DNA of 64,000 nt from a virus. Every line of letters starts with the position of its first letter. Positions within the stretch are counted from its first letter, which is position 1. The position numbers and the translations under genes were made by a program. The stretch lies in the IMG/VR virus record IMGVR_UViG_3300014039_000003, positions 1-64,000 of that record, one strand, 5' to 3'. Shown here piece by piece: positions 7,528 through 16,830 of the stretch. The notes under the pieces are model-generated. The model was not told the origin of the DNA. It ran no database searches and saw only the letters and a list, made by a program, of their open reading frames with translations.

Positions 7528-8805
7528 GTCAGTATAAAGAAAATCCTTATTGGCGGTAGTCCTTGTACAAAGTGGAGTATCGCTCAGAAAAACGGAAGAG
7601 AAGTTTTACCCGAAGGTGTCGGTTGGGAATTATTCGAGAACTATCGAATGGCAAAAGAAAAATTCCAACCTGACATCTTCTTATATGAGAACAACAAGTC
7701 GGCGGCTCAACCCATAAAAGATGCAATTTACTCTGCTCTTGGGGGGGGCAAGGATTCACTGGTTCGGCTCACTCATATAGACAGTGCATTGGTTTCAGCA
7801 CAACATCGTCAAAGGTTCTATGTTACGAATTTTGGTGATATAGAACAGCCGGAAGACAGAGGAATTTTACTTCGCGATGTGCTTGAAAGCGGAAGAGACT
7901 TGTCTTGCCGTGAAAAGGCATATACGCTCACAGCCAGTTATGGCGGAGCGGTAGCGTGGAACACACTGGAAAGAAATCAGCGAACGATGGTTATAGAGCC
8001 AGTATGCGTGGAATCTGTAGTTGGTGAGTCAATTCAAAAAATGATTCCTGCCGTTGTTGATAGACTGGGCTTTTTACCAGAGAAATTCAATGCTTATAAC
8101 TGTGCCGAAATAAAGGACAAATCGCCGTCGCTCACAACGGGAAGTATGGTTACGAGCAGTTGCGCTACTACAATTTTGGAGCCGGTACGCATCGGAACCA
8201 TAGAGAGCAATGTAAAGAATAAGTCGCACGATAGCAAACAATATCGTGTGTATAGTCCTAATGGAAAAGCAACTACGCTTTGTGGACAAGGTGGCGGCGT
8301 GGGCGCGAAGACGGGCTTATATGCAGTACCAATTAACGGTGTGCATAAGGAGTTTCCCGTCTATGAGGTTAAGGATGGGTTTATAACAATTAAGGACAAG
8401 CAATATCCGATTAAGCTCGCCGATGGATATTACCTTATACGAAAGCTTACACCGTTAGAGTGTGAGAGACTGCAAACTCTTCCGGATGGTTATACGAGCG
8501 GAGTTAGTGATACTCAACGATATCGTGCTATTGGCAATGGGTGGACGGCAGAGGTTATTATACATATTTTAAATCATGCTCTTAAAGATGTCCCGAGAGA
8601 CGAAGAGATTGTGGTTCTGTCCATGTATGACGGCATAGCGACCGGGCGGTATTGCTTGGATAAGATGGGTTTTACGAATGTCAGGTATTATGCCTACGAA
8701 ATAGACCCATATCCGATAAAGATAGCGATGTCAAACTATCCCGATATCATCCAGTGCGGTGATGCCTTTCAGATTAGGGGCGATAACTGGAAAATTCCAG
8801 CCTAA
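7528..8805 (+). CDS. Circularly permuted DNA (cytosine-5)-methyltransferase. Motif order IV(PC)-VI(ENN)-VIII(QxRxR)-TRD-X-I-II-III. No canonical start codon before the PC motif; first ATG is 7648
   Basis: GGSPCTKWSIA (IV), FLYENNKS (VI), QHRQRFYVTNF (VIII), YRAIGNGWTAEV (X), then LSMYDGIATG (I), AYEIDPYPIKIAMSNYPD (II), GDAF (III) at C-terminus. Confidence 0.65.
   Translation, partial: VSIKKILIGGSPCTKWSIAQKNGREVLPEGVGWELFENYRMAKEKFQPDIFLYENNKSAAQPIKDAIYSALGGGKDSLVRLTHIDSALVSAQHRQRFYVTNFGDIEQPEDRGILLRDVLESGRDLSCREKAYTLTASYGGAVAWNTLERNQRTMVIEPVCVESVVGESIQKMIPAVVDRLGFLPEKFNAYNCAEIKDKSPSLTTGSMVTSSCATTILEPVRIGTIESNVKNKSHDSKQYRVYSPNGKATTLCGQGGGVGAKTGLYAVPINGVHKEFPVYEVKDGFITIKDKQYPIKLADGYYLIRKLTPLECERLQTLPDGYTSGVSDTQRYRAIGNGWTAEVIIHILNHALKDVPRDEEIVVLSMYDGIATGRYCLDKMGFTNVRYYAYEIDPYPIKIAMSNYPDIIQCGDAFQIRGDNWKIPA
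7741..7748 (+). repeat. G8 homopolymeric tract inside C5-MTase ORF (encodes GGG)
   Basis: gggggggg; potential slipped-strand site. Confidence 0.9.
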
Positions 8806-8840
8806 AAGGAATTGGGTTTCGATTTGAAAATTGAAAATGA

Positions 8841-8849
8841 GGGGGGGGG
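8841..8849 (+). repeat. G9 homopolymeric tract forming the SD/spacer of the downstream amino-MTase
   Basis: ggggggggg 7 nt upstream of ATG 8857. Confidence 0.9.
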
Positions 8850-8856
8850 AAATGAA

Positions 8857-9460
8857 ATGGCTCAGGATTGGAGTGGTGATGCAAATTCCGTATATAAAAT
8901 CATTGGGGCGTCGAACCACTCAAATGAAAGTAGGGCAGATGATGATTATTACGCGACTGACCCGAAGGCGGTGGAGGAGCTGCTGAAACGAGAGAAATTT
9001 GCTCACTATGTGTGGGAACCTTGTTGTGGCGGCGGACACATATCAAAAGTGTTGGAAGCTCATGGCTACGACGTTCTGTCGAGTGACATTGTGGATAGAG
9101 GTTATCCTAATACATATGTGGCTGACTTCTTAAGTGTTGCCCCCCCCTGCTGAGTGTATATCACGCGATATTATCACGAACCCGCCGTACAAATACGCCA
9201 AGGAATTTATAGAGAAAGCCTTAGAAATATCTATGGATTCGGTCAAGATAGCAATGTTTCTTAAGGTTACATTTCTTGAAGGTAAGGCAAGACGGGAGTT
9301 GTTTGATAAAGCTCCACCGAAATATGTGTATGTGTTTTCAGGCAGAGTAAACTGTGCCAAGAACGGTGACTTCAGCAAAACTGAGTCGAGTGCTGTGGCG
9401 TATGCATGGTTCGTTTGGGAAAAGGGTTTCAAAGGCGAGCCGAAAATTAGATGGATTTAA
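8857..9460 (+). CDS. Small DNA amino-methyltransferase (motif I EPCCGGG then motif IV NPPY). Split into two ORFs (8857-9153, 9134-9460) by +1 frameshift at a C8 tract, likely phase-variable
   Basis: FxGxG-like VWEPCCGGGHIS, acidic D after beta2, IITNPPYKY. Deleting one C at 9140-9147 fuses the frames. Confidence 0.65.
9140..9147 (+). repeat. C8 homopolymeric tract at frameshift point of amino-MTase
   Basis: cccccccc. Confidence 0.9.
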
Positions 9461-9478
9461 AATCAAGGAGGAAATCGA

Positions 9479-10375
9479 ATGATATTTAGTATTGTAATGA
9501 TAGTTATAGCTGTGGTTTTCACGGCTGTAGGTGCGATTTTAGCTTACAGAAAGAGAGAGTATAGAGACAACATTCCGGCGGCGGCTCCTATAGTAAGCTT
9601 CGTGCTGGCGATATGTCTATTCGTACTCTCAGCTTCAGCGGCTATTGTGCCGACCGGATATACGGGAGTAAGAACGACGCTCGGTCAGATAAGCGACCAG
9701 CCCGTACATAGTGGCTTCAACTGGAAAGCGCCCATTGTTCAGAGCATAAAGCTCGTAAATAATAAACAGCAGGATGCACAGTTCGGCGGTGACAAAATCT
9801 GGTCGGAGACTGAAAGCAGAACAGCAGTTTATTATGCAGGTGTAACCGTTACTTATCAGATTAACCCCGACAGGTCGGCGTGGATCTACGCTAATGTTTC
9901 GGACTACAAGAACTCTCTGGTGTCTGAAAACATAGTTGCTTCGGCTATTAAGTCCAGCAGCAAAGTACTTAGCGATATCGACGCGACGAACCGCTCGATA
10001 GTTGAACCGCTGATAATGAAAAATCTTCAGGCTTCTATAGACGAGAAGTACGGCGAGGATGTTGTTGCGATACTCAAAGTAACGGTAAGTGATATCGACT
10101 TTGACGAGTCATATCAGGCGGCGATAGCATCAAAACAGCAGGCTCAGCTTGCGGCAGAACAGCAGGAAATCGAGAACAAAAAGGCTGTAGATAAGGCAAA
10201 GGCAGATGCAGAGGCAAAGCTCATAAAATCTAAGGCTGAGGCTGAAGCAAATGACACTCTTGAGAAGTCCCTGACGGATAAGATTCTTAAAGAAAAATAC
10301 ATAGAGAAGTGGGACGGAAAGCTCCCGAGTGTGATGACCGGCGACGACGGAAGTTCGATAATGATTCAGAAGTAA
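9479..10375 (+). CDS. SPFH/Band-7 (prohibitin/HflKC-like) membrane protein
   Basis: N-terminal TMs, SPFH core, C-terminal Ala/Lys/Glu coiled coil. Confidence 0.7.
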   Translation: MIFSIVMIVIAVVFTAVGAILAYRKREYRDNIPAAAPIVSFVLAICLFVLSASAAIVPTGYTGVRTTLGQISDQPVHSGFNWKAPIVQSIKLVNNKQQDAQFGGDKIWSETESRTAVYYAGVTVTYQINPDRSAWIYANVSDYKNSLVSENIVASAIKSSSKVLSDIDATNRSIVEPLIMKNLQASIDEKYGEDVVAILKVTVSDIDFDESYQAAIASKQQAQLAAEQQEIENKKAVDKAKADAEAKLIKSKAEAEANDTLEKSLTDKILKEKYIEKWDGKLPSVMTGDDGSSIMIQK

Positions 10376-10386
10376 GGAGGGAATGA

Positions 10387-12621
10387 ATGAGGGTATTACT
10401 GTTGTTGCGCGGTAGTGCTGGGTGCGGTAAGTCAACATGGATTGAAAAGAATGGACTTAAACCCTATACACTATCCGCCGACGAGATAAGGTTGATGTAC
10501 GCTTCGCCCACTTTAAATGTTTGTGGTGAAGAGTGTATAAGTCAGTCGAATGACACTAAGGTCTGGAAGACGCTTTTTCAGATTCTTGAGTCTCGAATGG
10601 AGCGAGGCGAATTTACCGTTATCGACGCGACGAACTCCAAAACTTCCGAGATGAAGCGCTATGCGGAGCTTTGTAATCGCTATCGCTATAGGATTTACTG
10701 CGTGGACCTTACTGACATTCCCATAGAGGAAACAAAAAGACGAAACAAAATGAGATCTGTAGTTAAGCAGGTTCCTGAAACGGTAATCGACAATATGTAT
10801 GCTCGTTTCGCTACTCAGAAAATTCCGTCGGGGATAACCGTTATAAAACCGGACGAGCTTTCAAAGGTGTGGTTCAAACCTATGGATGTTTCGGAATACG
10901 ATGCGCTTCATTTTATTGGAGATGTTCATGGTTGTTATACGGCACTCAAAGAAGCAATTGGAGATATAACCGAGAAGCCTAATGAGCTGTTTGTGTTCTG
11001 TGGAGACTATACTGACAGAGGAATTGAAAATGCAGAGGTAGTAGAGGAGCTCCTGCGTATCTATAAAGAGCCGAATGTATATCTCTTAGAAGGAAATCAC
11101 GAGAGACATATGTGGGTTTGGGCTAATGACGGAACTACTGGATCGAAAGAGTTCGAGATGCATACAAGAGCTCAGCTTGAAAGTGCTTCTTTTACTAAAA
11201 AGGATGTTCGCAAACTTTACAGAAGTTTCGGGCAGTGCGCCTATTATACATATCGTGGCAAGACTATATTGGCTACACACGGTGGTCTTAGTACGCTGCC
11301 TGATAATCTCACACTGGTATCTACCGACCAAATGATTAAGGGCTCCGGGAATTATAGCGACGCCGACGTTGTTGACCAGTCTTTTTGTGAAAATACTGAT
11401 GCTTATCAGGTACATGGACACAGAAACCTTAAAGGAAACCCCGTCCAGACTTACAGAGCTTTTAATCTTGAGGGGAATGTTGAGTTTGGAGGCTCGATAA
11501 GAACTGTCAGTTTTGTCGGTGATGAGATAAAGGTGAATGAGTTTAAAAACAATATATATTCACCGACTGAAGAGAGGGTTGATTACACTGCAAAGGTTAA
11601 AAAGAGTGAATCCGTTGCAGATGCTATTCTGGCTCTGAGAAGCAATAAACAGGTAGTTGAGAAGCAGTTCGGTGATATCTCGTCTTTTAACTTCTCAAAA
11701 CAGGCTTTCTTTGACAAGATATGGGACGAGCAGACGATTAGAGCACGAGGCTTGTATATCAACATTCCTAAAGGAAAAATAGTCGCGAGGGGTTATACAA
11801 AGTTCTTTAATATAAATGAGCGACCGGAGACAAAGTTTGATATGTTGCAGTGCAAGCTTAAGTTCCCCGTAACCGCATATGTCAAAGAAAATGGATTCCT
11901 TGGTTTAGTTTCGTATAACGAGATAAATGATTCTCTGTTTGTTACAACGAAATCCAACCCGGATGGTGATTATGCGTCGTGGCTTAAAGAGATGATAGAT
12001 AAGAAAATCTCTGTTGACACACAGCAGAAAATGAAAGAATTTTCAAAAGAGAACAATGTAACATTCGTGTTTGAGTGTGTTGATATGCAGAGAGATCCGC
12101 ACATAATTGATTACCCCGAAAATCATCTTTTCTTGCTTGATATTGTTTACAACGAATTGAAGTTCAAAAAGTTCGATTATGACGAGCTTATAAGTGTTGC
12201 TAACAAGTTCGGGCTTGAGCGCAAAGAGCAGGCTGTCGTAATTAATGATTGGCAGACATTCTTCGATTGGTATTACACAGTTACAGCACCTAATTATCTT
12301 TATGATAATAGGCATATAGAGGGTTTTGTTGTTGAAGACGCCGACGGTTACATGGTTAAGCTTAAACTCACTTATTATAATCTTTGGAAGTATCTTCGCG
12401 GCGTTTCCTATAAAGTTCTTAGACGTGGACATCTTGATGGTAAGGACACTTCGTCGCTCACAACGCCATTAATGAACCAATATTATGCATGGCTCAGACG
12501 AATTTATGCAGAGACGGAGGATAGAGAGTCAATACCGCGTGATATCTGCTCGCTTAGAAAACTATTCTACGCATCGGACGAAGGAAGAGATTTTGCAAAG
12601 GAGGGAAACGATAATGATTGA
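10387..12621 (+). CDS. Pnkp-like RNA repair enzyme: P-loop polynucleotide kinase + calcineurin-type phosphoesterase + RNA-ligase-like nucleotidyltransferase
   Basis: GSAGCGKST Walker A; GDVHG/GDYTDRG/GNHE/HGG/GH phosphoesterase motifs; ligase motifs KENGF (I), EGFVV (IV), MVKLK (V). Confidence 0.75.
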   Translation: MRVLLLLRGSAGCGKSTWIEKNGLKPYTLSADEIRLMYASPTLNVCGEECISQSNDTKVWKTLFQILESRMERGEFTVIDATNSKTSEMKRYAELCNRYRYRIYCVDLTDIPIEETKRRNKMRSVVKQVPETVIDNMYARFATQKIPSGITVIKPDELSKVWFKPMDVSEYDALHFIGDVHGCYTALKEAIGDITEKPNELFVFCGDYTDRGIENAEVVEELLRIYKEPNVYLLEGNHERHMWVWANDGTTGSKEFEMHTRAQLESASFTKKDVRKLYRSFGQCAYYTYRGKTILATHGGLSTLPDNLTLVSTDQMIKGSGNYSDADVVDQSFCENTDAYQVHGHRNLKGNPVQTYRAFNLEGNVEFGGSIRTVSFVGDEIKVNEFKNNIYSPTEERVDYTAKVKKSESVADAILALRSNKQVVEKQFGDISSFNFSKQAFFDKIWDEQTIRARGLYINIPKGKIVARGYTKFFNINERPETKFDMLQCKLKFPVTAYVKENGFLGLVSYNEINDSLFVTTKSNPDGDYASWLKEMIDKKISVDTQQKMKEFSKENNVTFVFECVDMQRDPHIIDYPENHLFLLDIVYNELKFKKFDYDELISVANKFGLERKEQAVVINDWQTFFDWYYTVTAPNYLYDNRHIEGFVVEDADGYMVKLKLTYYNLWKYLRGVSYKVLRRGHLDGKDTSSLTTPLMNQYYAWLRRIYAETEDRESIPRDICSLRKLFYASDEGRDFAKEGNDND

Positions 12622-12744
12622 CGCATTTCTTTTTAACATTCTTAATCTGATTGGTCTTTATGATAAAGCAATTCTTGTGTTCGTCGAGAAAATACTTGGA
12701 CTGTAAAATCCAAATAATAACAAAAACGAAAAGGAGTAAAACAA

Positions 12745-13686
12745 ATGGGATTTCAGAAAGCAAAAAGAGAACAGATTTGGCTTAAGGTGCTGCTCGCGGG
12801 TCCAAGCGGAAGCGGTAAGACTTTTTCGGCGCTGAGACTGGCGAAAGGCATAGCCGCCGCTGCGGGTGGTAGAGTTGCCGCAATCGACACGGAGAATGGT
12901 CGTATAAGATATTACGCAAATGAGTTTGACTTCGACGACCTTCAGCTTCAGGCTCCGTACACTCCCGAAAAGTATATTCAGGCTATCGAGGATGCAGTTG
13001 ACGGTGGATATAAGGCTCTTGTTATCGACAGCATAACTCATGAGTGGGACTACTGCGTTGATTATCACGATAAGATGCCGGGCAATTCTTATACCAACTG
13101 GGGTAAGGTAACTCCGAGACATGACGCTTTTATGGAAAAGGTTCTTCAGTCTCCCATACATATTATATCTACCGTTAGAGGTAAGGACACTTATGTTCTT
13201 GAGGATAGAAACGGAAAACAGGTTCCTAAGAAAGTTGGTATGGGCTACAAGCAGAGAGACAACACAGAGTACAACTACACTCTAACCTTTAACATTGCAC
13301 AGGACACCCACATAGCAGAAGCTCAGAAAGACAATACACATCTCTTTGAGGGCAGATACGATGTGTTGACCGAGCGCGACGGCAAGGCTCTGTTCGACTG
13401 GGCAAACACTGGCGACGCTCCCGCTCCGAAGCCGATCAGCAAACCCGCCGCAGAGGAAGAGCCTGTTGCAGACGTTCCTGTAGCCGAGAAATCGCAGATA
13501 GAAAAGGCTATAGACAGTATTAACAAACTTGCCAAAGAACTTGCCGACAGCGGCGTGGCGAAGAAAACGATTTCAGATACCATCAAATCAGTTTCGGGTA
13601 GTGCAAACTACAATAAGATAACTGACTTCGAGGTAGCGACAGATGTTTACAACGAGCTTGTAGCTCTTAAAAATGAGGAGGACTAA
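12745..13686 (+). CDS. Sak4-like/AAA_24 RecA-fold ATPase (phage recombination/replication)
   Basis: GPSGSGKTFSA Walker A, hhhhDS Walker B; adjacent to SSB. Confidence 0.65.
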   Translation: MGFQKAKREQIWLKVLLAGPSGSGKTFSALRLAKGIAAAAGGRVAAIDTENGRIRYYANEFDFDDLQLQAPYTPEKYIQAIEDAVDGGYKALVIDSITHEWDYCVDYHDKMPGNSYTNWGKVTPRHDAFMEKVLQSPIHIISTVRGKDTYVLEDRNGKQVPKKVGMGYKQRDNTEYNYTLTFNIAQDTHIAEAQKDNTHLFEGRYDVLTERDGKALFDWANTGDAPAPKPISKPAAEEEPVADVPVAEKSQIEKAIDSINKLAKELADSGVAKKTISDTIKSVSGSANYNKITDFEVATDVYNELVALKNEED

Positions 13687-13689
13687 TTT

Positions 13690-14106
13690 ATGGTAGAGAA
13701 TAATGTAACAATCATCGGCAGACTTACAGGCGACGTGGAGATAAGAACCGCCGGTAACACAGACAACAGAGTAGCGAATTTCACTGTAGCTGTTAATCGC
13801 CCCAAGAGAAGGGACGCAGAAGACGAGGCGGATTTCATTCGTGTTAGAGCGTGGAACTCGACCGCCGACTTTATCGAAAAGTATTTCGGCAAGGGTTCTA
13901 AGATAGGTGTCAGGGGCTCTATTCGTACAGACTCGTACAAGAACAAGGACGGCGAGAACAGAAGTGTGACATATGTCCTTGCTGATGAGGTTTGCTTTGT
14001 CGAGTCTAAGTCAACTTCCAACGGCGGCTCTGAACCGAAAGCAAAAGCGAGCACAAAGAAAACAAATGTTGATGTTGCCGCTGATGACGACGATCTGCCG
14101 TTCTGA
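13690..14106 (+). CDS. ssb: Single-stranded DNA-binding protein
   Basis: OB-fold SSB signature and acidic C-terminal tail DDDLPF. Confidence 0.85.
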   Translation: MVENNVTIIGRLTGDVEIRTAGNTDNRVANFTVAVNRPKRRDAEDEADFIRVRAWNSTADFIEKYFGKGSKIGVRGSIRTDSYKNKDGENRSVTYVLADEVCFVESKSTSNGGSEPKAKASTKKTNVDVAADDDDLPF

Positions 14107-14867
14107 TGAGACATATGGAAAAATACAGCTTTTCTAAGTTGTCTTCTTTCCATCAGTGTTCGCTGCAATATTGGTATACATATATAGCTCGTGAGCAGGG
14201 AGAAAATAATGCTTTCGCGCAGTACGGAAGTTTCGTTCACTCCCTGCTCGAACGCTGGGGCAAAGATGAACTTGCCGAGTATGAGTTGCTGGGTGAATAT
14301 GAAGATAAGTTCTTCGACCGTGTAACTCAGGATTTTCCACCCAACAAATACACTGACTTGAGTAAGAAATATTACGACGACGGCGTACAGTTTTTGTCAA
14401 ACTTCGAGGGCGTGGATGCAAAAGAAATACTCGGTGTAGAAGAACACTTTGAGGAACCAATTGCGGCAGCGGACGGAAGAGACAGCTTCATCATTCAGGG
14501 CTTTATAGACCTTATATACATAGACTCGGCGGGACGGCTGGTAGTCCACGACTGGAAATCAAAAGCAAAATTTAAAAACCCCGCTGAGCAAAAAAAGTAT
14601 GCAAGACAGTTATACATATATTCAATTTATGTCAAGCTGAGATATGGTAAGTTTCCTGATCTACTGAGATTCCATATGTTTCGTAACAGCAAAGATGTGG
14701 ATATCAAATTCAACATTGACGACTATTACGAAGCGATAAACTGGATGCAGGAGACGGTAAAGGAAATCCGGGATTGCAACGAGTTTGAGAGCAGACCGGA
14801 TGATTTTTATTGCCAATATCTGTGCGATATGAGACTAAAATGCTGCGGGGAGACGGCGACGAGGTAA
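14106..14867 (+). CDS. Cas4/RecB-family PD-(D/E)xK exonuclease with 4-Cys cluster
   Basis: N-terminal Cys + C-terminal C..C..C; IDLIY / DWK core. Confidence 0.7.
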   Translation: MRHMEKYSFSKLSSFHQCSLQYWYTYIAREQGENNAFAQYGSFVHSLLERWGKDELAEYELLGEYEDKFFDRVTQDFPPNKYTDLSKKYYDDGVQFLSNFEGVDAKEILGVEEHFEEPIAAADGRDSFIIQGFIDLIYIDSAGRLVVHDWKSKAKFKNPAEQKKYARQLYIYSIYVKLRYGKFPDLLRFHMFRNSKDVDIKFNIDDYYEAINWMQETVKEIRDCNEFESRPDDFYCQYLCDMRLKCCGETATR

Positions 14868-14949
14868 AGGAGGTTGATGATTTATACAGGTATTAAAAAG
14901 CGATATCCAAAGGGCGAAAGAGAAATTAGGGGATAGAAATGCCGAGATT

Positions 14950-16830
14950 ATGGTTGAGCTACTCGGCATTACGAACTGGAATCCCTCAAGAAGAGTCGGG
15001 TGCTGTCCAAATCCCGAGCACATAGACAAGAACCCGTCGTGTTCATACAACCCCAAGACTTATTCTTTTCATTGCTTTGCGTGTGGCTTTACCTGTGACA
15101 TCATAGATGCCTATATCACATCCAAGAATTGTACTTTTCTTGAAGCGTGTGAGATGCTTTTTGATGAGGCGGGTATACAGTATTCATTTGCAGAGCGCGG
15201 AACAAAAGACAGGGCATACAAATACCCTAAGCCCAAGTACGCCGACAATAAAGAAGAGGTGTACAAGTATTGGCGAAAGAGAAAAATATCACCTGAAACA
15301 ATAGACTATCTGAATATACAGCAGGACGAACAAGGAAATACTCTGTTCCAATATTTCGATCTGAACGACGTGCTCGTAATGTGTAAAGTGCGCAAATCAC
15401 GCGCAGTGCCTCACGGTGAACTTAAGATATGGTATCTCGAAAACAGCGATTGCTGTAATGTCCTTTACAATATCAACAAAATAAATACCACTCAGCCGTT
15501 GATAATATGTACCGGTGAAGGCGACTGTGCCGCACTCATTGAGTGCGGTTTTTACAACTCCGTAAGCATTAACGGCGGCGACCAGAATACGAAGTGGATT
15601 GAAGAGTGCTGGGATTTTCTGCAAGAGTTTGACGAAATTATCCTCGTCCACGACAATGATAGAAGCGGCGAGGAATACATAAAGAAAGTAGCTCCGAGGT
15701 TGGGCGAATATCGTGTCAAGGTTGCAGAAATCCCGTTGTCCCACACCAATGCAGACGGCGAGAAAGTTCGCATAAAAGACATAAACGAACTGTTGTTCTT
15801 CGAGGGAAAAGAAGCGGTCAGAGATGTAATCAATAACGCAAAAGAGTCTGAGATTCCCGCGATAGTCGATTACACCGAGGTAAAAAGATTTGATATGTCC
15901 GATGTCGAGGGTTTTACTACCGGATTCGAGGACTTAGATGCGGCTCTTGGCAAGAACTACATGGGCTCGACGACTCTCATAACAGGTATTGCGTCGGCGG
16001 GCAAGAGTTCGCTTATATCAACGCTCGTATGCCGCTCCATAGAACAGGGCTATCCGTGCTTTATTTACAGTGGAGAACTTTCAAATCCGTCTCTTAAGAA
16101 CTGGATTGACTTTGTTCACGCGGGACAGCGAGGGCTTGAAGAAGTGCAGGGCGAACACGGCAAGTATTACAGAATCAAGTCAGATGTGTATAGGAAAATC
16201 AATTCCTATTATCGCGGTCAGCTTTACTTCTACAAAGATTCATTCTCGCATAAGACTGAAGACCTCCTCGCGACGGCGGAGAGTGCGGTAAGAAGACTCG
16301 GAGTAAAAACGGTGTTTTTCGATAATCTCACATCTGTAGATCTGTCGTGCGACGATAATTCGAAGTGGACTAAGCAGGAAGATTTTATAAGACAAATCAT
16401 TGACTTTGCGAAACGATGGAACGTTGCTTGTTTCGTGGTTATTCATCCGAAGAAAATGGAGCAAGTGCGCAAGATGAGCATCTTCGACCTACAGGGTGTT
16501 GCCGCTGCCGCTAACCTTGCACAGCGTGTTATATCGCTGTACCGAGTGTCACCCAAAGATAAAAAGGGGGTTATTGGCAGAAACGGTAAATTTATTACGC
16601 CGCCCATGAAAGGCAGTGTTGTCCTCGAAGTTCTCAAAGACCGATATGGTAGTGCAAACAACAAAGAGTTTGCTCTGTACTACGACAATCCAAGTAAGAG
16701 ATTTTACACAACGCCGCAGAATCTCGCCCATGCTTACGGGTGGGAAGTCGCCGACGGTGTGACGAGTGCAGAGTTGCCTTATGGCACTCCTGCTTATGAC
16801 GAAGATATGGACGAGGAGGTGTTTGGTTGA
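14950..16830 (+). CDS. Bifunctional primase-helicase (zinc-ribbon + TOPRIM + DnaB-like)
   Basis: CCPNPEH..C...C zinc motif, TOPRIM E...DxD, Walker A GIASAGKSS, Walker B FFDNL. Confidence 0.85.
   Translation: MVELLGITNWNPSRRVGCCPNPEHIDKNPSCSYNPKTYSFHCFACGFTCDIIDAYITSKNCTFLEACEMLFDEAGIQYSFAERGTKDRAYKYPKPKYADNKEEVYKYWRKRKISPETIDYLNIQQDEQGNTLFQYFDLNDVLVMCKVRKSRAVPHGELKIWYLENSDCCNVLYNINKINTTQPLIICTGEGDCAALIECGFYNSVSINGGDQNTKWIEECWDFLQEFDEIILVHDNDRSGEEYIKKVAPRLGEYRVKVAEIPLSHTNADGEKVRIKDINELLFFEGKEAVRDVINNAKESEIPAIVDYTEVKRFDMSDVEGFTTGFEDLDAALGKNYMGSTTLITGIASAGKSSLISTLVCRSIEQGYPCFIYSGELSNPSLKNWIDFVHAGQRGLEEVQGEHGKYYRIKSDVYRKINSYYRGQLYFYKDSFSHKTEDLLATAESAVRRLGVKTVFFDNLTSVDLSCDDNSKWTKQEDFIRQIIDFAKRWNVACFVVIHPKKMEQVRKMSIFDLQGVAAAANLAQRVISLYRVSPKDKKGVIGRNGKFITPPMKGSVVLEVLKDRYGSANNKEFALYYDNPSKRFYTTPQNLAHAYGWEVADGVTSAELPYGTPAYDEDMDEEVFG

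Noticed and set aside
8852-8980. Alternative-frame ORF starting ATG 8852 (MKWLRIGVVMQIPYIK...)
   Set aside because: Out of frame with conserved MTase motif I; Arg/Ile-rich nonsense composition; the 8857 ATG gives the conserved domain.
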